A DNA stretch of 64,000 bases, taken from assembly GCF_000143415.4 (NCBI RefSeq), contig NW_003314285.1, forward strand, positions 1,561,471 to 1,625,470, written 5' to 3'. Positions 33,683 to 45,300 of the stretch are shown here, one piece after another. This DNA is from Selaginella moellendorffii. Its lineage: Eukaryota > Plantae > Lycopodiophyta. The notes below the pieces were generated by a model that worked only from the letters and a program-made list of their open reading frames with translations, made no database searches and was not told the DNA's origin. Numbering within the stretch: the first letter of the stretch is position 1; every line of letters starts with the position of its first letter. Made by a program: the position numbers and the translations under genes.

Positions 33683-35482
33683 CTAAAAATCCAGATTTTG
33701 ACCAATTAAATTTGCAAGCAAAGGATAAGCTTGAGGAGCTTCACCCCTAGGACAAAGGTCGAACACATTCTTTGCTGCATTAGTTCCAAATGGAACATGG
33801 CTGTGACTCTTGCAAGCTCCAAGAAAACACGTCCACTCTAAAATATCCGGCTCAAAGGGCATATTAGTAATTAAATCCTCTGCATCAACCAAATAGCTAG
33901 CACGTCCCAAAAGATCAACCATACAACAAAAGTGCCGCTGGTTGGGTTTGACGTTAAAGTCAGCTTGCATCGACAAAAACCAGTGGTGACCTGTGTGGGT
34001 TTTTCCAACATGGCTACAAGCGAGAAGAGCAGATAAAAAACATATGTCATTGGGTATAGACATGAGTTTCATGGCATCAAAAAGATCAATGGCCTCTTTA
34101 GAGTGACCATTATGGGCATATGCAGACAGCATTGCACTCCACACTAAATCTTGCTCTGGGGCTCTCTCAAATAGCAACTTACAGTATAAAAGGTGCCCGT
34201 TTTGGGCATGTGCTGAAAGAAAGGCGCTCCATGCAACAAAGTCCTTCTTTGGCATTTGGTAGAACACACTAGTAGCCTCCTGAATAAAGCCATTTTGTGA
34301 GAAACCAGAGAGAAGAGCAGTCCAGGAAAATAGGTCCCTTTGTGGCATTCTATCAAACATGAATTTGGCAAGCTCTAGATTCCGGTTTTGGGCATATCCA
34401 GAAAGCATAGTGTTACAAGAAATAAGATCCTCCTCCGGCATCGTCTCAAACATATCCTTTGCTTTTTCCATAAGGCCATAGTGTGTGTATGCAGCCAAAA
34501 CAATATTCCAAGTATAAAAGCTATGCTGAGGCATGTTATTATACAATGTATTTACGGAATCAAGATCGCGGCTTGCAATAGCAGTTGAAAGCATTGCATT
34601 CCAAGAGACAAAGTTACGCTCTGGCATCTTCTCAAACATTCTCTTTGTTTTCTCATAAGAGTCGTTTTGAGAAGAGGCTGTCAGCCGGGCATTGAAGGCA
34701 ACCAAATCCCATACGGGCATGGCATTAAAAGTCAGCTCAGCCTTTTCAAAATGCCGGTCAATTGAATATGCGGTCAGCACCGAAGTCCAAGAAACTAGAT
34801 TCCACAGTGGCATTTGATTGAACACAATTTGCAGGCCAGTAATGTGTCGAGCTTGTGCCAAAGCCGAAAGCAAAGCATTCCAAGTAACCAAATTTTTTTC
34901 CGGCATCTGATTAAACAGGTGGTATGCGTTTTCAAGATGCCCGTTTTCGGCATATGCCGTAAGCATGGCATTCCATGTGACAAGATTAACTTGCGGCATT
35001 TGGTCAAAGAGTATCTCAGCGCTGCTTAAGTGTCCGTGTTGAGCAAGCCCACTTATCATGGCGTTCCATGCTACTATGTCTTTAAAAGGCATACTTTCAA
35101 ACAGCCGTTTTGCTTCAACAAGATGCCCTTTTTGGGCATGTGCCACGAGTATTGCAGTCCAGGCAATGAGGCTCTGTTCCGGCATTAGATCAAAAAAGAA
35201 AACCCTTGCTTGGGTCAGGCAAGAGTTTTTCGTATACGCCAGGAGCATTGCATCCCACGAGAAGGGATCCCTCTTGTCCATCGCATAGAAGACACTCTCG
35301 GCATCTTGCACTCCACCACACCTGCCAAACATCTCAATGAGCTTGTTGGAGATAAACACAGTGCCGGCACAGTCAAGACGAGCTCGAATCTGCCGAGCAA
35401 AAGAAAGTGTCTTGCAAGAATCGATAAGCCTGAGGCAATCATCCATGCAAAAAGGAGGTCTTGGACTCGAGTGATCATGCAA
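33683..35482 (-). CDS. PLS/SS-type PPR protein with E domain
   Basis: 599-aa repeat ORF ending HFCCMVDLLGRAS...WTCFLGACK...AYPLLAN. The start ATG is likely 35478-region or 35446. Confidence 0.92.
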   Translation of the reverse strand: MHDHSSPRPPFCMDDCLRLIDSCKTLSFARQIRARLDCAGTVFISNKLIEMFGRCGGVQDAESVFYAMDKRDPFSWDAMLLAYTKNSCLTQARVFFFDLMPEQSLIAWTAILVAHAQKGHLVEAKRLFESMPFKDIVAWNAMISGLAQHGHLSSAEILFDQMPQVNLVTWNAMLTAYAENGHLENAYHLFNQMPEKNLVTWNALLSALAQARHITGLQIVFNQMPLWNLVSWTSVLTAYSIDRHFEKAELTFNAMPVWDLVAFNARLTASSQNDSYEKTKRMFEKMPERNFVSWNAMLSTAIASRDLDSVNTLYNNMPQHSFYTWNIVLAAYTHYGLMEKAKDMFETMPEEDLISCNTMLSGYAQNRNLELAKFMFDRMPQRDLFSWTALLSGFSQNGFIQEATSVFYQMPKKDFVAWSAFLSAHAQNGHLLYCKLLFERAPEQDLVWSAMLSAYAHNGHSKEAIDLFDAMKLMSIPNDICFLSALLACSHVGKTHTGHHWFLSMQADFNVKPNQRHFCCMVDLLGRASYLVDAEDLITNMPFEPDILEWTCFLGACKSHSHVPFGTNAAKNVFDLCPRGEAPQAYPLLANLIGQNLDF

Positions 35483-35746
35483 TTTCTTGAGAAGCTTTCT
35501 AAAGAAGCAAAGTTTAAGATTGCATCAAGAGTGGAGATGGTTTGTGATGGTAGCTTTCCTTGCATTTCAAGGAATGGAGGATCATTGCGCTAGAGGATAA
35601 TGCAGCATCATCGAAACCAGACAAGGGGTTTCTCTCCTTATTTTTCTCTTTTTAGAATCTTTTATTTACATTCTTGCTTGTTCTTAAGCTTGATCTTTCC
35701 ATGATCTTCTTGTGGGTTCTTTTCCAGGAAGTCTAGAAGGCGAACG

Positions 35747-36078
35747 ATGATCCCTTTCTCGCTCTGGTACTCACTTTGCTGCCACTCCTCTGCCCGCTTG
35801 GCCATGGAAAGATGTGCACCAACACTGGGGTTTCACACACCTTGCGGGCTCAGCTCCTCGTCGCATTCAATTCCGGCCTGGAGCTCACGTCCACCGCCAG
35901 CAGCTGGAACACCACCACCGCCACAGGTTCGCTAGAATTTTCCAGGAGGAGAGTCCTCCAGCAGCAGCAAAACAATTCCTTTCTTGGGGCTGTTTCACTG
36001 CACGACGTGAGGCTTTTGCCGGACTCGTGGCAGGCAACTGCGCAGCAAACCAATCTCGACTACTTGCTCATGCTCGAT
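35747..36078 (+). pseudogene. 5' fragment of a plant GH127/DUF1680-like (beta-L-arabinofuranosidase-like) gene
   Basis: Signal-like FLALVLTLLPLLC, then KMCTN..SHTLR...SFLGAVSLHDVRLLPDSWQATAQQTNLDYLLMLD, which matches the recalled N-terminus of plant GH127-family proteins. The ATG is out of frame and similarity stops abruptly at ~36078. Confidence 0.7.
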
Positions 36079-36348
36079 TATATCATTCATTTGTATTTTG
36101 CTAACTTATTACAAATGTAACAATTTAAGATATGCAGTATGCCTACTCTTGTTTTAGAGTGACAAACCACAAAATTGACGTGTCAAGTATAGAGGAAATC
36201 TATAATTATTGAGCAAAATAATTCTTTTTGGAAGTATTAGTAATTATTGTCAGATTTATAGTATTTAAAGATAGAATTGTACTTAACATTACATTAATTA
36301 TATTGAGATTACTAACCTAGTTATATATTGTTACTATATTTATTATTC

Positions 36349-36754
36349 ATGGGTTTTAATACCTGGTTCTATCTTTTATTGTTATTTGATCTATTTCAGT
36401 GTAAGTATAATAGTTTGAACTTAATCCTTAATTCATGGCTTTCTTTATACAGCAAAAATCATTGAAGGAAAAGATAAATTTAATTGGGCTCCAGATATGA
36501 AAGATGCTCTTGCAAATTGTAATGTTTATCAAGAAAATGTTATTTTATGGAGAAAAGGTAACGAATTTGTTTATTTTGATTATGATACCCTAGCAGCAGA
36601 AACGTGCTCTAAAATAATAAATAATGTACAATTTGATGGTGTATCATTTATTGGTAATGGTCATTTTAAAACTAAAGGTTGGTATGGATGGCAAAACTGG
36701 GCATTTAGTGGTCATTATTCACATGATAGTCATGATGAAGTAATATTTCAATAG
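36349..36754 (+). CDS. Small putatively secreted protein (117 aa), YvgO-like; exons 36349-36400 and 36453-36754
   Basis: ATG exon MGFNTWFYLLLLFDLFQ, then a 52-nt GTAAGT...TACAG intron that restores frame with the 36497 ORF. The C-terminus is GHFKTKGWYGWQNWAFSGHY...EVIF. Confidence 0.7.
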
Positions 36755-37499
36755 ATAAGAAGCTAATATAAGCATTATATGAAATTTATTTTATTAATTA
36801 AAATGTTGTAGGAATGTTATGAATAAAACATTTTAAAGTTTAAAAAAAAATGGTATAGATGATTTGAAACAGTTAAAACTTGTATTCAAGTTTGATAAAG
36901 TCATAGTTAAGAACATCAGGTAACTATAGAAAACATCTAATACTGAATGAGACCAAAAGATATATAAAGATATACATTAAAAACTAAATATGTTTTTGTG
37001 CATTTTTGTTTTTTTCTATTTGTAATTTTATCAGTAACAAAATTTTACATATAATAATTTTTAAAATAAATTTATATAAGACTTATATGAATAATAGTAA
37101 TATCTTGTTTAGTATAATAACCACATTCAAACTCTTAAAACTTGCCCTCAATTTTAGTTTTATGCCTATGGTTGGATCAATCAATCCTTTTCTCTTTCTT
37201 AAAGGAGCTCATCAGGCAATTGGTGTTGTTTTCAATCTAGAAAAATATAGACTTTTGGAATTTACCATAATACTGCAGCAATTGATTTGTGTTGTGTGAA
37301 ATGCCAATACTGTATTTGTATAATTTTATATATAACTCACTTTTATTTAACTTTTACTGAATAGTTTTTATGGCCATATTGTTACCTCCAATCTCAAATC
37401 TAAACCAGGGTTGGTAGAAGTCTTGGCATTAAGATGTTGATGCTCTAACACTATTATAATGTTACTTCATGCTCATGTCCTTTTATTCCTTGTACTGTA

Positions 37500-40059
37500 T
37501 GTTTGAAAGTCACTCTATGTTTCAATTCCTTTACTTTTTAGTTACATACTCATGAGTTTAGTTTTGTCCTTTTGTTCAATGGCCCAAGATCCTGAAACTT
37601 AAATTCCACTTTGCTACCTTTCACCTATGTGTTCAAGGGTTTAAATTCCATTTCATGGTTATCTTGTGTTAAATCATTATAAGGTAAAAGGTGAAAATTA
37701 TTTAGTATCAGATAATATGTCCTAACAAGTATTATCCAATAAGATTGTTATGACACCAATGAAACAAACAGGAGAGTGAACCCTAGGCCAACCTCTCAAC
37801 CCTTAAGGCGTTACGGCCTTAAATCCCACAAGCCATGAAATATTCTTGAAATATTCCCATGGTTCGTGTCATTCTCCCCTCCCTCATGACCCAGCCATAT
37901 ACAGCAGCCTCGAGAAGCTAAACGAGCCTCACATGAAGGGAGTCCAAAGCAATATGTGGGCAACTAATCTTATTTTATATGTAAAAATGAAAACAAAAAT
38001 TTGATGTTTAGTTGCTATATCTTTATATATATCTCTTAGGTATGGATTTTGGTTACTTTGTCGTACTATATTAAATGAGTTTTCACTTGGGCTTGTAAAA
38101 TGGATTTTTTATACACCATTTGTATGAGTTTGTGCTTGGGCTCATAAGTGAGATGCATTAGTAAATTAAAGTTACATTTTGAATTGGTATAATTAATGTT
38201 AACCTATTGGTGGTTATCATGAGTTGTTCCATATTACTATGGGTAAAAATAAACCTCTCTAGGTTTGTTATAAGTGGTAAATAGGCTGGCACTAGTGGAT
38301 CTTACCTAAGCATGATTATAAGTAGATCAATCAAGACTATAGAGATTAGTCTATTAGTTCAAGTAATCAATGTCCTGCTCTCTCAAAAATTTTTTTGAAT
38401 TGAACTAAACGTAGTATGAATGCAAGCTAGAAGTTTAGTCAAAGTTGAGTCTGAAGAGAGAGTCATTAAAAACAAAGGATTAAACATGTAAATCATCTTT
38501 TCTTTTTGGGAAGTTTCTGAGACAATCACAAAAATTTATTAAATATGAAATTGCACTAAATTGCATATTTAGACACAGGTTTGCAACAAGAGATCTCATT
38601 ACTTATGCTCACATCATGATATTGAGACTTCCTATTTCAATACATATTGGTTATGATAGCTTTACAAATGGTGAGTCATAGAATAAATAATGGTGAAGCA
38701 TTAAATCATTTTGTCTAAGCTTGTTATTGGAAATCTTGAATTATAATGCTTAATTCTTTCCAAGGATCCTTATTATTTCTCCTTAAGTAGTTTGATGTTG
38801 GATTAATTTTGAGTTCGGTTGGAAAGAGAATGGTATGAATTTGTGGTAGTGTTGGTGGTGTTAAGTGTCATAAATCTCTATTGGTGGGATGGTATTTATG
38901 TTGCATTTTGTCAAATAGAGTTAACACTTAATACTCATGTAAATCTTTGTAATAGTAATATATATTTTGTTTGTGGTATTGCTCGATTGATAATCAAATA
39001 ATTGTAACTATTATATCATGATCATAAGGACTGTATTTATAAAGTTACTTGGTCAAACTATAATCAACCCCAAAATAGTTGATGGTGAAATTAATCTACT
39101 TGCAAGTAGTAACATCGTAGTAGCTTTGACAAGGTCTTAAAGATGATCCATTATTCTAAGCTAGTGTTGGTATGCTAGTTAGTTGTTAAGCATAACTTTA
39201 TTGTGTTTAGTTTTTGAATTAATATAAATATGATTTTCATTAGCTTTACATTATAAAATTTAACTTATGGATGTGTTGATGAGGATATTATAGGTTGTAT
39301 TATGATTTTTTTTTGTATTAAAGTTAGTTCATGCAAGATTTATAATTATTATTATACGAGACTTGGCTATAAGCTTCTTCAAACTTTTGTTCTTTGAGTT
39401 TTTATATTCATTATTTTATTTATTAAAAGTTGTTAAAGAAAATATTTTGGCTTATTAGCTTTGATGTTCAAATTAGCTTCCACATTTAACAATTATTAGT
39501 AATATCATTTATAACAATTAATTATCTTTGTTAAAATATTGTTAATTATTATTGATATTGGATGCTTTGCCATTCTTTAGGATGGTAGAATTTTCTTTAA
39601 TAATGATTATGCACCTTTCTTAATAGGGTGATTGACGATTTTTGTGATGGTTAATTGTTATTTTGAGGGTTTTTGGCTTTTTACATTACTATGTAATTTT
39701 TGTTTGTGGTTTATTTTGGTTTGGTCTCTTGAGTTTGAATTATCGATAGGATATTATTGATGCTTTCTTGAGCAACTCTGATTCCTTTGTATTGTTAATT
39801 AAAATTTATTTAGACTAATTGATCTTTTCCTATGACTGTAACACATGTGATTATAGGATGAAATTTGGATATTTTATCATCAGGAATCTTTGGAACTTTA
39901 GGGGATAAATGGGGATAAAATAGTCACTAAAGGCTTTCTCATCAAGCATTCATTTTCTAATTTAACTTTATTCATTTAGTGATTTTTGGGTTTGGGCTAG
40001 TATAAGTAAATTTGTTTTAGCACATTATATACATGATGAAATCTCTAGTTATAGGGTAG
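37500..40059 (+). mobile_element. Old, heavily degraded copy (A) of the local LTR retrotransposon family
   Basis: LTR-end remnant and degenerate PBS (tttagtatcaga, ~37700). Internal blocks are collinear with 43.5-48 kb but carry many C>T/G>A changes and deletions. Confidence 0.7.
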
Positions 40060-42324
40060 TGTTGTGCATGTGACTTCGGGTATCGAAAGTTATCTGTCGA
40101 CTAGTCCTTACGGACACTCTTACCTTACTGCCACGATGGCAGGAGCTCGGTATTGCTAGACCCTTTATTAGTCCCTCTTGTTCAAATGTTAGTAAACTGG
40201 ACTTTGCATCTGTACTTGGCCGGATGAGTATAAGGAAGGAATTCCTAAGTGTCTATTTAGCTGAACATACTCGGCCCGGCTTGTTAGTTCTCTTTTGCTC
40301 TGTCTTGCATTGGCTTGACAAGAACCCTCGCATATTGAGATTAGTCCCTCAATATCGCTACATGATAGCTTACCGTGTCTGCCAAACACCCTCGCTATCA
40401 TGCCCTTTGTGTTAGTCTTATTTCGATCCTAAATGCTATTTATGGAAAGTGTCCAGATTTGCTCATTTGGCATACGCCATGCTTGTCCTTGTTCTGCGTC
40501 CGGCTTGGTTCTAAGCCCAAGTTCCATTCCATGCTAGCTGGTGGAGTACCCATGTCCTCACGTTATGCCATCGGTATGCCGAAATAGTGCCAGACTCCGT
40601 TTGGCTCCGTTTTGCGTGCTAGTCCTGGCATTGGGATGCTGGTTGCTCCAGGACTGTTCCAAGTCGCTTCAGGCTCCTGTCCCTTTGCTCTTTGGGCTGT
40701 ATGCTCAAGAGTTGCTCCATGGTTTGGTTTCGTCACTCCTTGGCTCCATGCTTGGGAGTTTGGCACCGTTCTTTCATTCAGTGGCCCAAGGCCTTGAACC
40801 TTGGGTTCCACACCACATTCCTTTGGACACACGGCATGTGACATGTGGCATCTGTCATGTGGCACAAAGAGGGTTTAGGTTCCACTTCGTGGTGTTATTC
40901 TATGGTAAATCACCATAGGATAAAGGGTAAAAACCACGTGTGCTACATTTAGTATCAGAGCATGAGTCTCAGCATGAGATTGGGCAACTAGTCTCGTTGC
41001 ATATGCAGAGATGAAAATGATGATCCGAGTGGGTACACGTTTTGGTGCAAAGGCTTTGCAATCGTTCCTTAGGTATGGATTTGGTTACCTTTTTTGTACC
41101 GTAATAATGTGAGCTTGCTCTTGGGCTCATAAGATGGATTGAGATGTTCCATTACATGAGTTTTCGCTTGGGCTCATGAGTGAGGCACATTAGCAACTCA
41201 AGGTTACACTTTGAGTTAGCAGGATTAATGTAAGCCTATCGATGGTTCCAGTGGTTCCGTAAGTTGTTCCTTGTACCATGGGAGAAGTAAACCTTCCCTG
41301 GGTTTGCTGTGAGTGACAAATAGGCTGGTCCGTAGCTGTTTAGCATGGCACTAGTGGATCCTTCTTAGGCATGATTACAAGTGGATCAATAAAGACTATA
41401 GGGATTAGTCTATTGGTTTAAGTAGTTATTGTTGTGCTCTCTCATAAACTTTTCTTGGATTGGACTAAAGGCAGTGCGAAAGCAAGCTTGAGGTTTAGTC
41501 AAAGATGAGACCGAAAAGAGAGTCGTCAAGGACGAAGGATCAAACACGTAAATCATTTTCTCTTTTTGGAGAGATAGTTTGCAACGAGGTGTGACTCATT
41601 GCTCATGTTCACATTATGCAATCAAGAGTCCTTACCTTGATGCATATTGGAAATGATGGTCTTACAAATGGTAAGTTGTGGGATGGATAGCGGTGAAGCA
41701 TTATACCATTTTGTCTAAGTTTGCTATTGGAAGATTTGAGTTACAATGCTCAATTCTTTTCCGGGGAACCTTGCTATTGCTCCTTGAGTAGCTTGGTGTT
41801 GGATTAGTGTTGAGTTTTTTCGGAAAGAGAGTGGCATGAGCTTGACCGTGTTGTGAACAAAAGTTAGTGGTGTTGTTGTAAATCTCTATCAGTGGAGTGT
41901 GGCATTTGTGTTGCATTTTGTTGAATCAAGTTAACACTTGATACTCACATAAACTTTTGAAATAATGATATAGGCATTGCTCATGGTGTTACTCAATTGA
42001 TGACCAAGTCATTATGGTTCTCATATCATGTCCATGTGATAGTGAGCAATGTGTTTACGAAGTTGCTTGGGTAAATGATGATCAACCCCAAAGTGGTTGA
42101 TAGTGAAGCTAGTCTACTTGCATAAAGTAGCATTGTAGTAGCTTTGACTGGATTCTCAATAGTGGTCCATTATCCTAAGCTTAAGTTGGTTCCTTGTTCC
42201 TTGAGGGTTTGCACATAAGGTGTTAGAAAAAGGGTTGTAGCATTCATTTGCTATAACTCATCAGTTGATCTATTAGCACTTGGAGTAGATTGTTGAATGG
42301 AGAAGGTGTGTAATTGAGGCATTG
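40060..42324 (+). mobile_element. LTR retrotransposon copy B: 5' LTR 40060-40946 (internally deleted), PBS and start of the internal region
   Basis: TG...CA LTR homologous to the LTR at 54469, PBS tagtatcagagc, and internal sequence homologous to 43.5-44.86 kb. It is interrupted by element C. Confidence 0.8.
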
Positions 42325-45300
42325 TGTCGCGCATGTGACTTCGGGTATCGAAAGTTACCTGTCGGCTAGTCCTTATGGACACTCTTACCTTACTGCCACG
42401 ATGGCAGGAGGTCGGTATTGCTGGACCCGTTATCAGTTTCCACCTAAGCTAGTTGAGAAACTGGTCATCACATGTGCACTTAGACCGGAAGGGCACTAAG
42501 GAAGGAAATCCTAAGTTGTCATTTAGTCAAGCAGACTTGACATGGTGATGAGAAACTCATGATGTTGGCTTGCACTTGCTAGTGTTAGGAACCCCCGCGA
42601 TATTGAGATTGGTCCCTCAATATTCGCTAGATGATAGCTTACCGTGTCTGCCAAACACCCTCGCTATCATGCCCTTTGTGTTAGTCTCATTTCGGTCCCA
42701 AATGCTATTTATGGAAAGTGTCCAGATTTGCTCATTTGGCATATCTACGGAATGTAGAGATCGGCCTGAACACAATGGTGTTCGTCCCGTGTCCAAATTC
42801 ACAATCTAAGGACATTCCATATTTAGTAAGTTTTGAGTTTGTCCCAGAGACTAACTCCTGATACTAAGGGAGGCTTGGGGTGAAAGCCCAAAGCGTGTGT
42901 TCCTCAAGGGGGGGGGGCTATGGGGGGTTCCAAATGTATAGTAGGGATAGTGGGTAGGTCGGGCATGGCCGACCAACCTGAGGCATAGTCTAGCTCCCGC
43001 TTGCGTGCCTGTCCTTGTTCTGCGTCCGGCTTGGGTCTAAGCCCAAGTTCCATTCTATGCTAGCTGGTGGAGTACCCATATCCTCACGTTAGGCCACCGG
43101 TATACCGAAATAGCGCCAGACTCCGTTTGGCTCCGTTTTGCGTGCTGGTCCTGGCATTGGGATGCTGGTTGCTCCAGGACTGTTCCAAGTCGCTCCGGGG
43201 CCCTGTCTCTTCGCTCCTTGGGCTTTATGCTCGGGAGTTGCTCCGTGGTTCAGTTCCATCACTCCTTGGCTCCACGCTTGGGAGTTTGGCACCGTTCCTT
43301 CGTTCAGTGGCCCAAGGCCCTGAACCTCGAGTTCCTATGGACACGTGGCATGGACACGTGGCATGTGACACGTGGCATCTGTCACGTGGCACAAAGAGGG
43401 TTTAGGTTCCGCTTCGTGGTGTTATCCTATGGTAACTCACCATAGGATAAATGGTCAAAACCACGTGCGCTACATTTGGTATCAGAGAATGAGTCTCAGC
43501 GAGTACTATTCAATGAGATTGGGGAACTAGTCTCGTTGCATACGCAGAGATGAAAACGATGATCTGAGTGGGTACACGTTTGGGTGCAAAGACTTCGCAA
43601 TCGTTCCTTGGGTATGGATTCGGTTACCTTCTTGTACCGTAATTATGTGAGCTTACTCTTGGGCTCATAAGATGGATTTGAGTTGTTCCAGTAGCACGAG
43701 TTTGCGCTTGGGCTCGTGAGTGAGGCACATTAGCAACTCGAGGTTACGCTTTGAGTTGGCAGGATTAATGTTAGCCTATTAGTGGTTCCGTGAGTTATTC
43801 CTTGTACCATGGGTGAAAGCAAACCTACATGGGTTTGCTATGAGTGGCAATTAGGCTGGTCCATAGCTGTTTAGCACGGCACTAGTGGATCCTTCCTAGG
43901 CATGATTATAATTGGATCAATCAAGATTGTAGGGAATAGTCTATTGGTTCAAGTAATCATTGCCGTGCTCTCTCATAAACTTTTCTTGGATTGAACTGAA
44001 GGTAGTGCGAAAGCAAGCTTGAGGTTTGGTCAAAGATGAGACCGAAAAGAGAGTCATCGAGGACGGAGGATCAAATACGTAAATCATCTTCTCTTCTTGG
44101 AGAGATGATTTGCAACGAGGTGTTAACTCATTGCTTGTGTTCACATCATGCAATCAAGAGTCCCTACCTTGATGCATGTTGGAAGTGATGGTCTTACAAG
44201 TGGTGAGTTATGGGATGGATAGTGGTGAAACACTAAACCATTTTGTCTAGTCTCGCTATTGGAAGACTTGGGTTGCAATGCTCAATTCTTTTCCGGGGAA
44301 CCTTGCTATTGCTCCTTGAGTAGCTTGGTGTTGGATTAGTGTTGAGTTTGGTCGGAAAGAGAGTGGCATGAGCTTGTCTGTGTTGTGAACAAAAGTTAGT
44401 GGTGTTGGGTGTCGTAAACCTCTATTGGTGGAGTGTGGCATTTATGTTGCATTTTGTCGAATCGAGTTGGCATTTGATACTCACATAAACGTTTGAAGTA
44501 AGGACATAGGCATTGCTCATTGTGTTACTCAATTGATGATCAAGTCATTGTGATTATATATCATATCCATGTGATAATGAGCAATGTGTTTATGAAGTTG
44601 CTTGGATAAATGATGATCAACCCCCAAAGTGGTTGATGGAGAAGCTAGTCTACTTGCACGAAGTAGCATTGTAGTAGCTTTGACTGGATTCTCGATGGTG
44701 GTTCATTATGCTAAGCTTATGTTGGTACCTTATTTCCTAGAGTTTGCCCATTAAGATGTTGGAAAAGGGTTATAGCATTCATTTGCTATGGCTTGTTGGT
44801 TGATCCGTTAACACTTGGAGTAGATTATTGGATGGAGAAGGTGTGAGGTTGATGCATTGACATCACTAGCACTTGTGTTAGTGGAAGTGGCATTATTATT
44901 TCAAGTGATGAGGAATTTTCCTTGGACCTTGATTTTTCCATGTCATTTTTCTTGTTAGTGTTTTGGCTTCACATTGGATCTTGAAGGTGATTGAAGATGA
45001 GTGTTAGTGCAATATGGATATCCGAAGATGTGGTCTTCGTGATCAAGCCTTGGATGTTCATTTTGCATTTTGCAGATGTCGAAGTTGGATATCGGAAATA
45101 TGGGCAAAGATGTTCGATGCTTAAGCATGTTGTTGGATCATGAGAATTGGTGTTGAAGTGAACCTTTGTGAAGTTGTTGGTAGGAGGAAGTTGGTTGAGT
45201 CTTGAAAAGTTTGCAATCCTGGACTGAAAATCATTCTTTCTCTAGGATGGAAATTTTCCACAAATTTTCTTAGACTTTTCCAATGGCTGATCTATTGATC

